From: Laetmonice hystrix | Taxonomy: Eukaryota | Direction of reading: 5' to 3' | DNA length: 64,000 bases | NCBI GenBank assembly: GCA_965235115.1 | Contig: OZ249445.1 | Span: forward strand, 8,804,001 to 8,868,000 | In this document: positions 37,462-50,030 of the stretch, one piece after another | Numbering within the stretch: the stretch's first letter is position 1 | How the letters are laid out: every line of letters starts with the position of its first letter | Made by a program: the position numbers and the translations under genes | The notes under the pieces: model-generated | The model's database searches: none | What the model was told of the DNA's origin: nothing | Seen by the model: the letters and a program-made list of their open reading frames with translations, nothing else

Positions 37462-40400
37462 TTAACTCAGCTCCGGAGGAGTTTTCCCGTATCCTTTAGG
37501 ATTGTTTGGAAGGGTTACCAAGTTTGGAGGTGATCGCCGATGACATCCTGGTTTATGGCTCAGGATCTACAGACGAGAAGGCAGAAATATCACATGACAA
37601 GGCATTCAAGGCTCTCATGGAAAGAGCCAGACAGAGACAATTGAAGCTGAACCCTACGAAAGTGAAATTCAAGATGCCATCGGTTGCATACATGGGCCAT
37701 ATCATCCGTGCCAAAGGATTACAGACTGATCCAGCGAAAGTCAAGGCGGTTGCAGAAATGCCAGTGCCCACAGATGTTGCAGGTTTCAAAGACCTCTTGT
37801 CTTGTCTTGTCAACTATTTGTCCAAATTCACACCCCATTTAAGCTCTGTCTGCGAACCTCTTCGAAGACTAGTTGATCAAGACAGGCCATTCAGTTGATT
37901 GCCACAGCACTACGCGGCATTCGAGGATATCAAAGCATTGATCGCGTCGGCTCCAACATTTAAATTCTTCGATGCTACAAAACCAGTGACGCTGGAGTGT
38001 GATGCCTCATCGGTTGGGTTAGGTGCGGTCTTACTCCAAGACGGACAACCAGTTGCTTTTGCATCAAGAGCACTGTCATCTACGAAGAAGAATTATGCCC
38101 CTATTGAATGTGAAGCTCTGGCTGTTGTGTTTGCTTGTGAACATTTTGATTCATACATTCTTGGCCAACATGTCACTGTCTATTCAGACCACAAGCCGTT
38201 GGAGGCAATGTTGAACAAAAGCATTCTCAAAGCCCCAAAGGGGCTCCAGGGAATGCGTTTTCGAATCCAGCGCAATGAGATAACTGTATGTCACAAGCCA
38301 GGCAAATACATGTACATATCCGATGCATTGTCGAGGGCATCCCTGCAAGCGTCCAACAGTGTACTTGATTCTACGAAGACTGTCATTTACACACTCAGAG
38401 CATTACCGTCTATTGCTCAGGAAGTTGAATCTATCAATCCCCGGGAAGGAGTTTCTATTTGTGACAGTCGACTGGAACAAATAAAAGAGTGTTGCACGAC
38501 AGACATTCAGATGCAGCAGTTAGGCCGTGTTATCCGTGAAGGATGGCCTGACAACAAGCAACAAGTCCCCACTGCCATCAGGGAATATTGGTCCTATAGG
38601 GAAGAGTTGAACATTCACGATGGACTATTGTTCAGAGGCACAAGAGTTATCATTCCTCGGGCAATGCGTGCAGAAATGATAAGCAAGTCACACGAAGCCC
38701 ATCAGGGTATAGAGGTAACACTACAGTTTGCCAGAGATGTTATCTACTGGCAACAAATGAACAAGCAATTGGAAGAAGCTTGTCGCCAGTGTGCCACCTG
38801 TAATCAATGTGCCGACATTGAATATGAATAGAATATGAAGGTCAACACTACATAGTGGCAGACAGTCGATCACTAGAGTGACTATATCGAGGTACAGCAC
38901 ATCAAGGATCTGACGACCAAAACCACAGTCAAGTTCTTTCAGAACATATTCGCTACACATGGAATACCGTTACTACTCATATTTACAGACTGCGGCACCA
39001 ACTGCACATCGCGTGAATTCAAGACTTTGCAACCGCACATGCTCTTTACCATGTCACGTCCTCCCCACATCATCATCAGTCAAATGGGTGAGGAGAGGCA
39101 GCAGTTAAAGTTGTCAAGAGGACTACTGACAAAAGCAGAACTGGAGAAGAAGCCATTATGGCTCTTACTACTTGCGCAAAGAAACACCCCATCCAAGGGC
39201 ATGAACAGCAGCCCTGCACAGAGACTTATGTCACGTCGTACATATTTCCAGAAGTGGCAGAGGAGGTCCGAGAGCTGTTACATCGCAGGAAACAACAAAA
39301 CAAGAGGGTGAAAGACAGGAAAGTTAGACCATTACCAGAATTACTCATAGGACAACCGATTCGAGCCAAGGCACATCCCCAGAACAACCGAGATCCTTGG
39401 GTTCCAGCCACAGTAACAACCAAAGTAAATCATCGGTCGTGGCTAGTCAACTTTCCTGGCAAAGGAAACCGAGTGAGAAATCGTTTACACATTAAGGAAA
39501 CCACAGAAACGCTAGCAGCACAACAACCATCTAGTGTCTGTGAAGTGCCACCACAGACATCACAGATGCCACAAGATCAACATCGTCACCAGGTGTCGCC
39601 ATGTGCAGAGACGTACAGCAATAGTGCCCCAGAAGTACCCACTGGCACCTCTGTAGAGACAAACACACAGACAGTAAAGTCACATGATCAAAAGACAATC
39701 CGATCAGGGAGATTGGTGAAGACTCCTCATAAGTATAAACAGTAGCTTTGAACAGACTCTTATTAATTCAAACTATTACACATATCATGGTATTTAAAAG
39801 GAGAAGTCTAGTCAAAAATCACATTTGGACAGCTGCAAGGCCTTCATATACACTCACCTTTCAGAATAGTGGTTGGAAATAAATGTCACCCCTATTCCAA
39901 GGACAACCGTGTCAAAATCACTGGCTTCAACGGCGCAGCCATTTGGCCGGAAGTAAGTGACGTTCTTGTGCCCATCTATTGCATGCCGGGGCTAGGCTAG
40001 ACTAGACTAAAGTACAGGCAGCCGAGGCAGGTCGGCAAAATCAACGGGGGTCATTCCCACAGTCACAGTCGCAATTAAATGCAACAGGTCTGTGCTGAAC
40101 TGACCACAGGAGTCTGACACTGCCAGCACCCGCCCGCAGTCGGAGCCACGGTCAGGGCCCGGCTCAGTGGCTCTGCCATGGCTCCGTCAACATCACATTC
40201 ACACCTCTGAGCGAGACGAATTGAATGCAGGCGGCCGAAACCCACGACTGGAGCTTGACCAGATCCGTGTCCACCCTGATATATCCCCCAGACATGGCCG
40301 CCATCACCAGCGGAGCAGGTTCTAAGCAGGCTCCGGCACTAAAGTGCTTATATCTTAACTTTTTGAGCACCAATTGTGTTCAAATCTTTTTTAAATTGCT

Positions 40401-40670
40401 TAGAATATCACGGCCTGTGTGCCTGGCCTGTACACACTGGCGGTGGACGTTTCTTTTAAATCCGATACAAGATATTTCTGATATTTAGATGTTAGTGCAC
40501 TCCTTGTAGGATAACACCCATGGCATACAATATTAAGTTTAGTGAGCTTGGGTTGGGTACGGAGTACTTTTTGTGTAAGAAGTGTTGTTACTGTCATTAC
40601 AAGTTTTGTTGCTAGTCAGTTACTCTCATTACTAGTTTTGGTTCCTAGTCAGAAGTTTGAATACTATATA

Positions 40671-40861
40671 CCGTATATGTCCCTTTAGCAGGGCATGTGC
40701 GTGTGCAAAAAAGCAGTGCGCGGCAATAGGGAGGTTGCACCGGGAGCTTACAAACTTTAGACTAGGTGGCGCGTCGAATACGGGTTTCCGGCACAGCTTG
40801 TTTGATAAAATGCGGGGGTGCGTGGCAAATAGGTAGTGCACGGCTAAAGGGACATATACGG
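40671..40861. mobile_element. Tc1/mariner(pogo)-like MITE
   Basis: TA|CCGTATATGTCCCTTTAGC ... GCTAAAGGGACATATACGG|TA. Confidence 0.8.
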
Positions 40862-41668
40862 TATTTACAAGGGGCTAGTATAACCAGTGGCCTCTAGTAT
40901 GAACATGGGGTTTGTTTTGAGAGAAAGGGGATGTAGTGCATTCCATCTATAAGAACTCGTTCCGATACACGATCCGTGTTTTACCATTCCGTGTTTTGTA
41001 CAAACCCTGAGCATGTGGGAGGGGAAAATAAACAACGTTCTTCCACCCTACACCCACAAGTCGATGGTTGCATTCATTTCAATGCCTTACCAAACTAATA
41101 CAATACTGCTTTACATGTCCAATGTATTGAGGTAAACCTGTGAGCTTGAGCAATAAATGTCACCTCAATCTGTCTCCAACGTGAGAACCAAGTTGATAAA
41201 CACAGAGGGGCTGAACATTTTCCTAACCCTCATACAAGCAAGGACAGAGCTAAAATATATTCTTGCAGATAAGAGGGGTTAGTTTTGTATGTCTCAAGTT
41301 CTAAAGCAATCAAACGACACTTGGTACCAAAATTTCCTGGGGAGAGGTGTTGTTGAAAGATGAAGTACCGGCCGGATGTCGTGCTAAAATATATTTTCAG
41401 GAATGCTAGCACGTACAGGACTGTTGTGGATGTTGAAACATATTAAATTCTGGAATAGTGAGCTGTGCTGCAGCCAGATCTTACATGGCGGATTCTACAC
41501 GGCCAGTATTTTTCAGCCTGGCTTAGAGAATGGTGAATCTGAAGCTGTCCTTTAATATATATTAGTTGCATGATTTATAGCACATTACAGGGCGAACTGC
41601 ATCAGATCTGATCTTAAAACTTCTGGAAGGAAAAGTCTAAATGTGTTCGTACCTTTGTATGTTTACAG

Positions 41669-41991
41669 GATGTTGGACGTGGAGGATCCAGGTAGTTGGA
41701 GGAAATAACAACATCCCAGGTGACCTCATCTTGAAGAGAAGAGCTGAAGAACTATTTGCCAGGATAGAGAGTGAAGAATTACGTGCTTGGGAGATATCCA
41801 TAAGTGAATAATGACTCTCTGGGAAGATGGACAACTACTCACCCGGAAGGTGGCCAGGAGAGAAGTTGAAACTACTTGCAAGGAAGATCGCCAGGAGTGA
41901 AGAACGATTTGCTGAGAGGAGAGCCCATTGTGAAGAACTGTTCGCCAGGAAGATGGACAGCTACCCACTCAGCCATCAACTCTAAACCCAG
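41669..41991 (+). other. Exon-like segment 1 of a putative spliced unit in the left arm
   Basis: tttacAG acceptor and GTaact donor; the mirrored copy (56051-56265, minus strand) keeps both signals. No clean reading frame. Confidence 0.4.
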
Positions 41992-42110
41992 GTAACTTTA
42001 ATATCAATGGCTTTCTCATTTATTCACTGAAAACATTATTGTCATTTTGTTCCATTTAACGTCACACTATGATTTATATATCATACATATCATTTGTATA
42101 TCATTCCAAG

Positions 42111-42723
42111 GGATGAAAATGAAAGGAGACTCCCACGCGACGAAATGTGTCCTGAGCTGTCACCACAACGAACTGTGTCCTGAACCGTCACCACGACGAA
42201 CCATCACCATGACGAACTGTGTCCTGAACCGTCAACACGACGAACTCTGTCCTGAACTGTGTCCTGAACCGTCACCATGACGAACTGTGTCCTGAACCGT
42301 CACCACGACGAACTGTGTCCTGAACCGTCACCACGACGAACTGTGTCCTGAACCGTCAACATGACGAACTGTGTCCTGAACTGTCACCACGACGAACTGT
42401 GTCCTGAACCGTCACCACGACTCGTGGAACTGTGTCCTGAACCGTCAACATGACGAACTGTGTCCTGAACCGTCACCACGACGAACTGTGTCCTGAACCG
42501 TCACCACGACTCGTGGAACTGTGTCCTGAACCGTCACCACGACGAACTGTGTCCTGAACCGTCACCACGACGAACTGTGTCCTGAACCGTCAACATGACG
42601 AACTGCGTACCATGATGAACTGTGATCTGAGCCAGCAATATGATAAACTATGTCCTGTCGAAACTGTCACCGTGATGTCCCAAACTGTGACCCAAGCAGC
42701 CTGCAGCCTTCTGACTTTATCAG
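42111..42723 (+). other. Exon-like segment 2, containing the 28-bp satellite; open from ATG 42612 to a phase-1 donor
   Basis: ttccaAG acceptor and caG|GTgatt donor; MMNCDLSQQYDKLCPVETVTVMSQTVTQAACSLLTLS ends in phase 1. Confidence 0.35.
42146..42612. repeat. 28-bp minisatellite, left arm
   Basis: Unit GACGAACTGTGTCCTGAACCGTCACCAC with variants. Confidence 0.95.
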
Positions 42724-43020
42724 GTGATTATTTTCTTCCAGTTTATAGGCTCAAATTTACCTTAGGAAGTGAACTGTAGTCTGTACTTGCAAGTGATAGA
42801 AAGATTCTGCTACTCATGGTATAAAAGGACGTAAAGTATACAAGGGGAGGACATGGAACATTGACTCTGCCGAACGTAAAAACCTGTTAGAAAATTACTG
42901 GTAATTACTTCTCCAGTGGGTTGAATTAACAGGATTCAGTGTCCAAGTAACTGATTTGGCAAGTTACTCTGATATGTACAGAAAAAATGAATAATGTCTT
43001 GTTTCTTTGTTTTTCTGAAG

Positions 43021-43194
43021 GTTGGGCACGAAGAGAAGAAACCATTGACCTGCACCAAGTCACAGTGTACCAACTGCAACCCTTTGTACGGCTTACCAAC
43101 AAGAAGGATGCTGCTGTTGTAACGGAAAATTTATTGGTCCCTTGCGGTTGTAAAGAGAGTCTGAGAGAGATAGAGTTTTTCTATCAAATCCAAG
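43021..43194 (+). other. Exon-like segment 3, 174 bp, phase 1-1, fully open
   Basis: Polypyrimidine tract plus gaAG acceptor and caaG|GTatt donor; encodes (G)WARREETIDLHQVTVYQLQPFVRLTNKKDAAVVTENLLVPCGCKESLREIEFFYQIQ. Confidence 0.4.
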
Positions 43195-44136
43195 GTATTA
43201 AATACCTAGACTAGCCAGGATCAGTCAATAGATTTAACAGTTGAGTAGGTTTGCAGTGAAATTGTGTTAGGATCTTTCTAGTATAAGAAAGTCTAGATGT
43301 ACCTCGGAGGTAATGTTTTAGGAGAGCAAAATACTGATTCTTAAAGAAATGGTGAGGGGGTTGGTGAAATAAGGGAAATATTATAGTAAAATGATCCCTT
43401 GGTGTATGATATACGGTAAAATATTTGATAAAACAAAAGAATCCAGAAGAATCTAGCTTCGATTAGCCCTGACCCAGAGGGCATTATAAGTCCACTGCAT
43501 GTCTGTATGTACATGTCCAGTCGGAGTTTTACTCTCCTCTCGCTGTGAAAATGGCCTTAGATGCTGACACGGCGTAAACCATCAATACTCACCGACTCAC
43601 TTGTCCTGTTGGTCACCATTGCACAGAAGTTGCTTATTGGTGCATTTACCTGACTTTTTGCATTGTAGAAAAGCATCAGGTTTAGGACCCCGCATTTGTA
43701 ACGGCACCCAGCCGAGTGGGATATCCTAGGTAAAGATGTTAGGGTTTAGGGTTTAATTTAAAAAGTGAAAAATCAGTATCACCCTGTGTCAAGTGTAGGC
43801 CGAAGATTAGACGAAGAAAATTTCTAATAAGAAGACTAGAAAATAGTCCAAGAGGATATAACTTGGTTGATGTTGGATTTGACTCGAAACTTTAAAACCA
43901 CGCCCACAGTCTTATGGAGACTACCTCAGCCCTGTCCCTAACATTATCAATTAAGAACAATGTTAGGGAGAGCAAAAAGCAACATACAGCTATTGGATAG
44001 GTCGCCAAGACTGGAAAGGTCATTAAGTACCAGACCTATTGCCCTTGACCTTTACAGGTGAAACCGAAATCATGTCGATTTTTGATTGGGCTTATCTGGA
44101 AAATATACGTGTTGACCGAGTACACTAGCACATCTC

Positions 44137-44530
44137 TGCTGAGGTCAACTTCGAAATCAGTGAGGACCTCGTTTCTAATCAGACCGAGGTGTCTCTGCTG
44201 AGGTCAACTTGTGAGTCAGTGAGGACCTCGCTGAGGTCAACTTTTGAGTCAGTGAGGACCTTGCTGAGGTCAACTTCTGAGTCAGTGAAGAGCTTGTATC
44301 AAATCAGACCGAGGTGTCTCCGCTGAGGTCAACTTCTGAGTCAGTGAAGAGCTTGTATCAAATCAGACCGAGGTGTCTCCGCTGAGGTCAACTTTTGAGT
44401 CAGTGAGGAGCTTGTATCAAATCAGACCCAGGTGTCTCCGCTGAGGTCAACTTTTGAGTCAGCGAGGAGTTAGTTTGTTTCAAATCAGACCGAGGTGTTT
44501 CTGCAGAGGTCACCTTTTGAGTCAGTGAGG
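44137..44530. repeat. 59-bp minisatellite (with ~30-bp subunits), left arm
   Basis: Unit CTGAGGTCAACTTCTGAGTCAGTGAAGAGCTTGTATCAAATCAGACCGAGGTGTCTCCG. Confidence 0.9.
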
Positions 44531-45008
44531 TTCTTGGAATATAGATAACGTCTATCGGCAGCATTCAAAGCATGATTGTAGAATAATTCATGAGTATTCA
44601 CTAATTCAGAGGACGAGGTAGATCAGTAGGTTTTAATATATACAAAACTGTTGACTAGCAGTAAAGAACCAAGCATGTCATCTTTGCAAAAATTATCCAG
44701 TACATTTAAAGACCGTTTTAATCTAGTGCTAGAAGGATAATGTCAGTCATATTTGATGTGAAGCTGGTCAGATTTGCCGTATCAAAGGTTTATACATATC
44801 AGTAAATTATGTCACGTGTTACATTATTGCACAAAAGTGATGGAAATCTTCCGTTTCATTTGTTGATGTTGTGTAGTTCAATTCTGTATACATTATGAAT
44901 TTGAAATGATATTTGAATATTTGGGTCATGTAACTTAATGATTGGCAAACCTGACCAGTTAATTCAGACTTTTATTGTTATGGAAAGTATTGCTCATTCA
45001 GAGATCAT

Positions 45009-45780
45009 GTTAGTTCTGGTAGTTTCCGCCAGGGTGGCAGCGCCTGTCAGGTAGTCCGCCAGGGGGCGCCACAGTCGGGGTCATGTGACCTCCTGGGCTT
45101 GGCCCGTTCGTATGTAACATCTTGGTATGTATCCAGAGTGGAATGTTGAGGTGAGAGAACACTGTTGTAGTTTGTCGGACCCACGTGTTGTTACGTTGGG
45201 AGTAATGTATTCTGGGACAGTCGTCCTCCTACAGTCCATGTGGTTGAACGGTAATGGTCGAGTTTGGTGGAGTGAATCCCTTGAAGGATTAACTGTTGCA
45301 GTGTGAGGTGTTTTGGTGGTGAAATGTTGTGGAAATTGTCTACACTACTAGTTATTGTATTCCTGTAAGATGTTGACTCATGTGATTGCTGTGATTGACC
45401 TTATGATATTGTACATCCAAATGGTTTCATCCTTGGGTAAGTGTTGGAATGTCACCAGTCGCTCATGTAGACCTTGGGAATCATCCCTTGGTGTCCAAAT
45501 TCTTGGAAACTTCTTCCAGCTCCATGATTTTGACCTAATGTCATAAGTTCTCCAATGGTCTCAGGTAAGTTGAAGAACACCAAGTTAACATTTACAATAG
45601 CATCAGGAATTGATTGACATTGTATGGTGGTTGGATTTGACAAGTAGGAAGTGTGTCATCACTGTGAAGACATTTCGGCGAGGACGACGGCACATCGAAG
45701 GGTGAGGAGATGATTAACGCTCATGTTTGGGTACCGATGGGCCCTGCTCCTTGGGCCTGATACTGGACTTCTTGATCTGT
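45009..45780 (+). mobile_element. Unclassified ~0.8 kb module, type A, left arm
   Basis: Begins with paired CTCF-like motifs (perfect CCGCCAGGGGGCGCC at 45056-70) and GGTCATGTGACC; aligns along its length with module B (48449-49310) at roughly two-thirds identity. Confidence 0.5.
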
Positions 45781-45859
45781 ATTCAAAACTGCTCCTCAAT
45801 TCATGGAGTTTTTAATAATTTAAAGGGGGAAGAAGTATTTTTAACAACTTTTATGGAAT

Positions 45860-46210
45860 GGTTTAGTGAACATCAGTGAAAGAAATACTAGGAGTGCCAA
45901 AACGTTAGCGTTAAATAGTGTAGACCATTTTAACTCAGCTCTTGGACAAGATGCATGGGAGTCGCATGCTGCCTAAACCATCATATTTCGGTTGGGATTT
46001 GTATTTCAAATGCCTGACAGGTTAACGATGGTTATGGTTTAGTGAACATCAGTGAAAGAAATACTAGGAGTGCAAATACGTTAGCGTTAAATAGTGTAGA
46101 ACATTTTAACTCAGCTCTTGGACAAGATGCATGGGAGTCGCATGCTGCCTGAACCATCATTTTTCGGGTGGGATTTGTATTTCAAATGCCTGACAGGTTA
46201 ACGATGGTTA
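45860..46210. repeat. ~175-bp direct tandem duplication, single copy in the right arm
   Basis: TGGTTTAGTGAACATCAGTGAAAG...GTTAACGATGGTTA occurs twice. Confidence 0.85.
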
Positions 46211-46924
46211 TTTACGCCATCTAAAAACTCAATTTCTGACCTCTAAAGTGGTTGGTGAACAAAAGTGAGCAGTTGAAATTGATATTTAAGAGAGACTTGA
46301 TTTTTTATGGTTTCTCGTAGAATCATAGATTTATTGTCAGTTACCGTAAAAGGTCACAGACACTGAACTGCTCATCTCAAAAATCAGTGCCACGAGGTGA
46401 GGGAAATTAGATCTTGTGTGTGCATGCACTGATTCACTGACTGATGCAGGTTGATCCTGACAGTTGGTATCCATGCAAATGGTGCTGAGGAAGTTTGAAT
46501 CACAGGTTGTTCAGCAAGTTATGATAAAAAATAAAGGGTGCTCGTCTAGAATTCTTTCCGTCGTTGCTGCCATCATTTTACAGCAGTCGATGGATTAGAA
46601 AAAGGATTCGGCTGTTCAATTCTTCTGATTATACATCCATACAATTCCACCATCCACAGAGGTTGACTACGCGCATGAAGGCCCTACTGGAGAGCTGTTC
46701 TCACTCTTATCAGTGAGGGACCAAACTAAACATGGCGCAAACTGGTGTGGCAACCACGCTGCATTATGAATAAGCATAGTACACAGAGCTCAGTTAATAG
46801 TTTATCGTTAGGACAAGGTGTACTGATTGATCCGATGGTCCATCCAGCAGGCAATGAACGTTTTCGTAACGTTATAATGTATGAATATAACGTTTTTGCA
46901 ACGTTTTGTGTAAACTCATTAGTG

Positions 46925-47490
46925 TATGTCTACAGACTGAGGCAGGTTGATCCTGGTGGTCTGGAGGGTTTATTATCGGTACAGGCTGATGTGTAAACTC
47001 ATTAGTGTATGTCTACAGACTGAGGCAGGTTGATCCTGGTGGTCTGGGATATACATGTACATGTGTATATCAAACTGACAGGGGGTGGTGCCACCTGGTG
47101 TAACTCTGAATTGTCGCAGAAATAGGATTTATAGAAGTGTTAGGATTGTAGGAAAGAATATTGTTAGGTGTACAGACTGATGAGGGTTGATCCTGATGGT
47201 CTGGTGGGTGAGTGATGTGTACAGACTGAGGCAGGTTGATCCTGGTGGTCTGGAGGGTGTGTGATGGGTACAGACTGGGGCAGGTTGATCCTGATGGTCT
47301 GGAGGGTGTGTGATGGGTACAGACTGGGGCAGGTTGATCCTGATGGTCTGGAGGGTGTGTGATGTGTACAGACTTGGGCAGGTTGATCCTGATGGTCTGG
47401 AGGGTGTGTGATGTGTACAGACTGGGGCAGGTTGATCCTGGTAGTCTGGAGGGTTTATTATCGGTACAGGCTGATGAAGGGTAATCCTGA
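46925..47490. repeat. 49-bp minisatellite, left arm
   Basis: Unit GTACAGACTGGGGCAGGTTGATCCTGATGGTCTGGAGGGTGTGTGATGT; core 47165-47480 plus two upstream copies. Confidence 0.9.
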
Positions 47491-47574
47491 TGGTCTGTTC
47501 TGTAGACTCATGGAAATGTTAGTCTAAAGTTTATTATTATGTTTTTCTTTAGCAAGGGATTGACAGGAAAAGGG

Positions 47575-48352
47575 GGTCAGGTATAGGGATTAAAGGTATA
47601 GGTATTAGGGTCAAGAGATCCGGTCCAGTTTAAACTCTGGGGAGTAGGTGAATCTACCCGCGGTTATGATCCTACCCGAGAAGAAAAGGAAGATGAAGAA
47701 AGAAGAGAAGATACACGGCATACTTACTATATCAGCTGTCAATATCCAACCACCATGCATTGTCGTCTCTTCCTTATGTTACTGTATTAATGGAAACTTG
47801 AGTTCTTCAGCTGACCGAGATCTGAGGGATTCATTATGTATCAGGTCAAACTCTGGTGGTTATTCTAATAGCAGGTAATACTAGTTCCAACTTTTCTCAC
47901 TAGGGGAGCGACTGGTGATATTTTAACACTTGACTTGATGGTGGAATTGTATGGATGTATATAATATGGTATAGGGACATGTCACTAGCAGTCACTTGTG
48001 CCGATGTCTTACAGGTATACAGTAATTAGTAGTGTAGATAGTTGTTGCAACACTTCACCTCTAAAAACACTTATCACTGTGGTAGTTAACTTTTCTATAG
48101 GATTCTCCCCACCATACTTTGCCGTTACTGTTTACCCCAGGGACTTAGGGAGGATGACTGTCCTAGAGTGCGTTACTCTCAGGGTAACAATACGTGGGCC
48201 GGCGAACTACTCAGTGTTCTCTTACTTTGATATTTCACTCTGGGTATATATCAAAATGTTATAATACGAATGGGCTGAGCTCGGGTGGTCACGTGACCCG
48301 ACGGTGGCGCCATCTGGTGGATTACTTGGATGGTGCTGCCACCTGGTGGCAA
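47575..48352 (-). mobile_element. Unclassified module, type B, left arm (inverted)
   Basis: Reverse complement of 48525-49310; CTCF-consensus motifs at 48306-20 and 48335-49, GGTCACGTGACC at 48287-98. Confidence 0.5.
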
Positions 48353-48354
48353 AT

Positions 48355-48448
48355 GTTGTATACACAATAAAACACTTCATTTCAGTATAATATGTATTTA
48401 TTTGAAATAAAGACATTTGAATAACATATACATACTTTTGTTGTACCT
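48355..48448. terminator. AT-rich palindrome spacer with poly(A) signals on both strands
   Basis: AATAAA at 48366 and 48406 (+) and TTTATT at 48397-48402 (AATAAA on the minus strand). Confidence 0.35.
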
Positions 48449-49310
48449 GCCAAAAAAGGGGGTGGAGGGCTGAGCATAACTAGCAAACCCCAGCAGTAGA
48501 GTCCCCAGACGTTAGTCCGATAGTTTCCACCAGGGGGCAGCACCAGCCAAGTAATCCACCAGAGGGCGCCACAGTCGGGTCACGTGACCACCCGAGCTCA
48601 GCCCATTCGTATTATAACATCTCGATATATACCCAGAGTGAAATATCAAAGTAAGAGAACACTGAGTAGTTCGCCGGCCCACGTATTGTTACCCTGAGAG
48701 TAACGCACTCTAGGACAGTCATCCTCCCTAAGTCCCTGGGGTAAACAGTAACGGCAAAGTATGGTGGGGAGAATCCCTTAGAAAAGTTAACTACCACAGT
48801 GATAAGTGTTTTTAGAGGTGAAGTGTTGCAACAACTATCTACACTACTAATTACTATATACCTGTAAGACATCGGCACAAGTGACTGCTAGTGACATGTC
48901 CTTATACCATATTATACATCCATACAATTCCACCATCAAGTCAAGTGTTAAAATATCACCAGTCGCTCCCCTAGTAAGAAAAGTTGGAACTAGGGTTACC
49001 TGCTATTAGAATAACCACCAGAGTTTGACCTGATACAGTCATAATGAATCCCTCAGATCTCGGTCAGCTGAAGAACTCAAGTTTCCATTAATACAGTAAC
49101 ATGAGGAAAAGACGACAATGCATGGTGGGTGGATATTGACAGCTGATATAGTAAGTATGCCGTGTATCTTCTCTTCGTTCTTCATCTTCCTTTTCTTCTC
49201 AGGTAGGATCATAACCGCGGGTAGATTCACCTACTCCCCAGAGTTTAAACTGGACCGGATCTCTTGACCCTAATACCTATACCTTTAATCCCTATACCTG
49301 ACCCCCTTTT
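48449..49310 (+). mobile_element. Unclassified module, type B, right arm
   Basis: Starts GCCAAAAAAGGGGGTGGAGGGCTGAGC; CCACCAGGGGGCAGC at 48527-41, CCACCAGAGGGCGCC at 48556-70, GGTCACGTGACC at 48578-89. Confidence 0.5.
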
Positions 49311-49379
49311 CCTGTCAATCCCTTGCTAAAGAAAAACATAATAATAAACTTTAGACTAACATTTCCATGAGTCTACAGA

Positions 49380-50030
49380 ACAGACCATCAGGATTACCCT
49401 TCATCAGTCTGTACCGATAATAAACCCTCCAGACCATCATGATCAACCTCCCTCAGTCTCTACACATCACTCACCCACCCACCAGACCATCAGGATCAAC
49501 CCTCATCAGTCTGTACACCCAACAATATTCTTTCCTACAATCCTGACACTTCTATAAATCCTATTTCTGCGACTATTCAGAGTTACACCAGGTGGCACCA
49601 CCCCCTGTCAGTTTGATATACACATGTATATCCCAGACCACAAGGATCAACCTGCCTCAGTCTGTAGACATACACTAATGAGTTTACACATCAGCCTGTA
49701 CCGATAATAAACCCTCCAGACCATCAGGATCAACCTGCCTCAATCTGTACATCACACACCCTCCAGACCATCAGGATCAACCTGCCCCAGTCTGTACACA
49801 TCACACACCCTCCAGACCATCAGGATCAACCTGCCCCAGTCTGTACACATCACACACCCTCCAGACCATCAGGATCAACCTGCCCCAGTCTGTACACATC
49901 ACACCCCCTCCAGACCATCAGGATCAACCTGCCTCAGTCTGTACACATCACACACCCTCCAGACCATCAGGATCAACCTGCCCCAGTCTGTACACATCAC
50001 TAACCCACGAGACCATCAGAATCAGCCTGC
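49380..50030. repeat. 49-bp minisatellite, right arm (inverted copy)
   Basis: Unit CCCTCCAGACCATCAGGATCAACCTGCCCCAGTCTGTACACATCACACA. Confidence 0.9.

Larger units (their letters stand above)
35990..39800 (+). mobile_element. Decayed Ty3/Gypsy pol (protease-RT-RNaseH-integrase), no LTRs found
   Basis: QLDTGAS (protease); KLRICLDPQELNKA and VIADDILVYG (RT); LECDASSVGLGAVLLQ...YSDHKPL (RNase H); HEAHQG...CRQCATC (H2C2 zinc finger); TDCGTNCTSREF (integrase). Many stops and frameshifts; purine tract TTTAAAAGGAGAAG near 39795. Confidence 0.92.

Noticed and set aside
47165-47490. Hammerhead ribozyme / retrozyme (CTGATGA in the 49-bp repeat; also checked 7095, 35817 and the 175-bp duplication)
   Set aside because: No correctly placed stem II plus GAAA core could be folded by eye; an Infernal search would be definitive.
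48452-48475. Resemblance of AAAAAAGGGGGTGGAGGGCT to the lentiviral PPT/U3 junction
   Set aside because: Short low-complexity match with no retroviral ORFs; kept only as a generic PPT-like hint.
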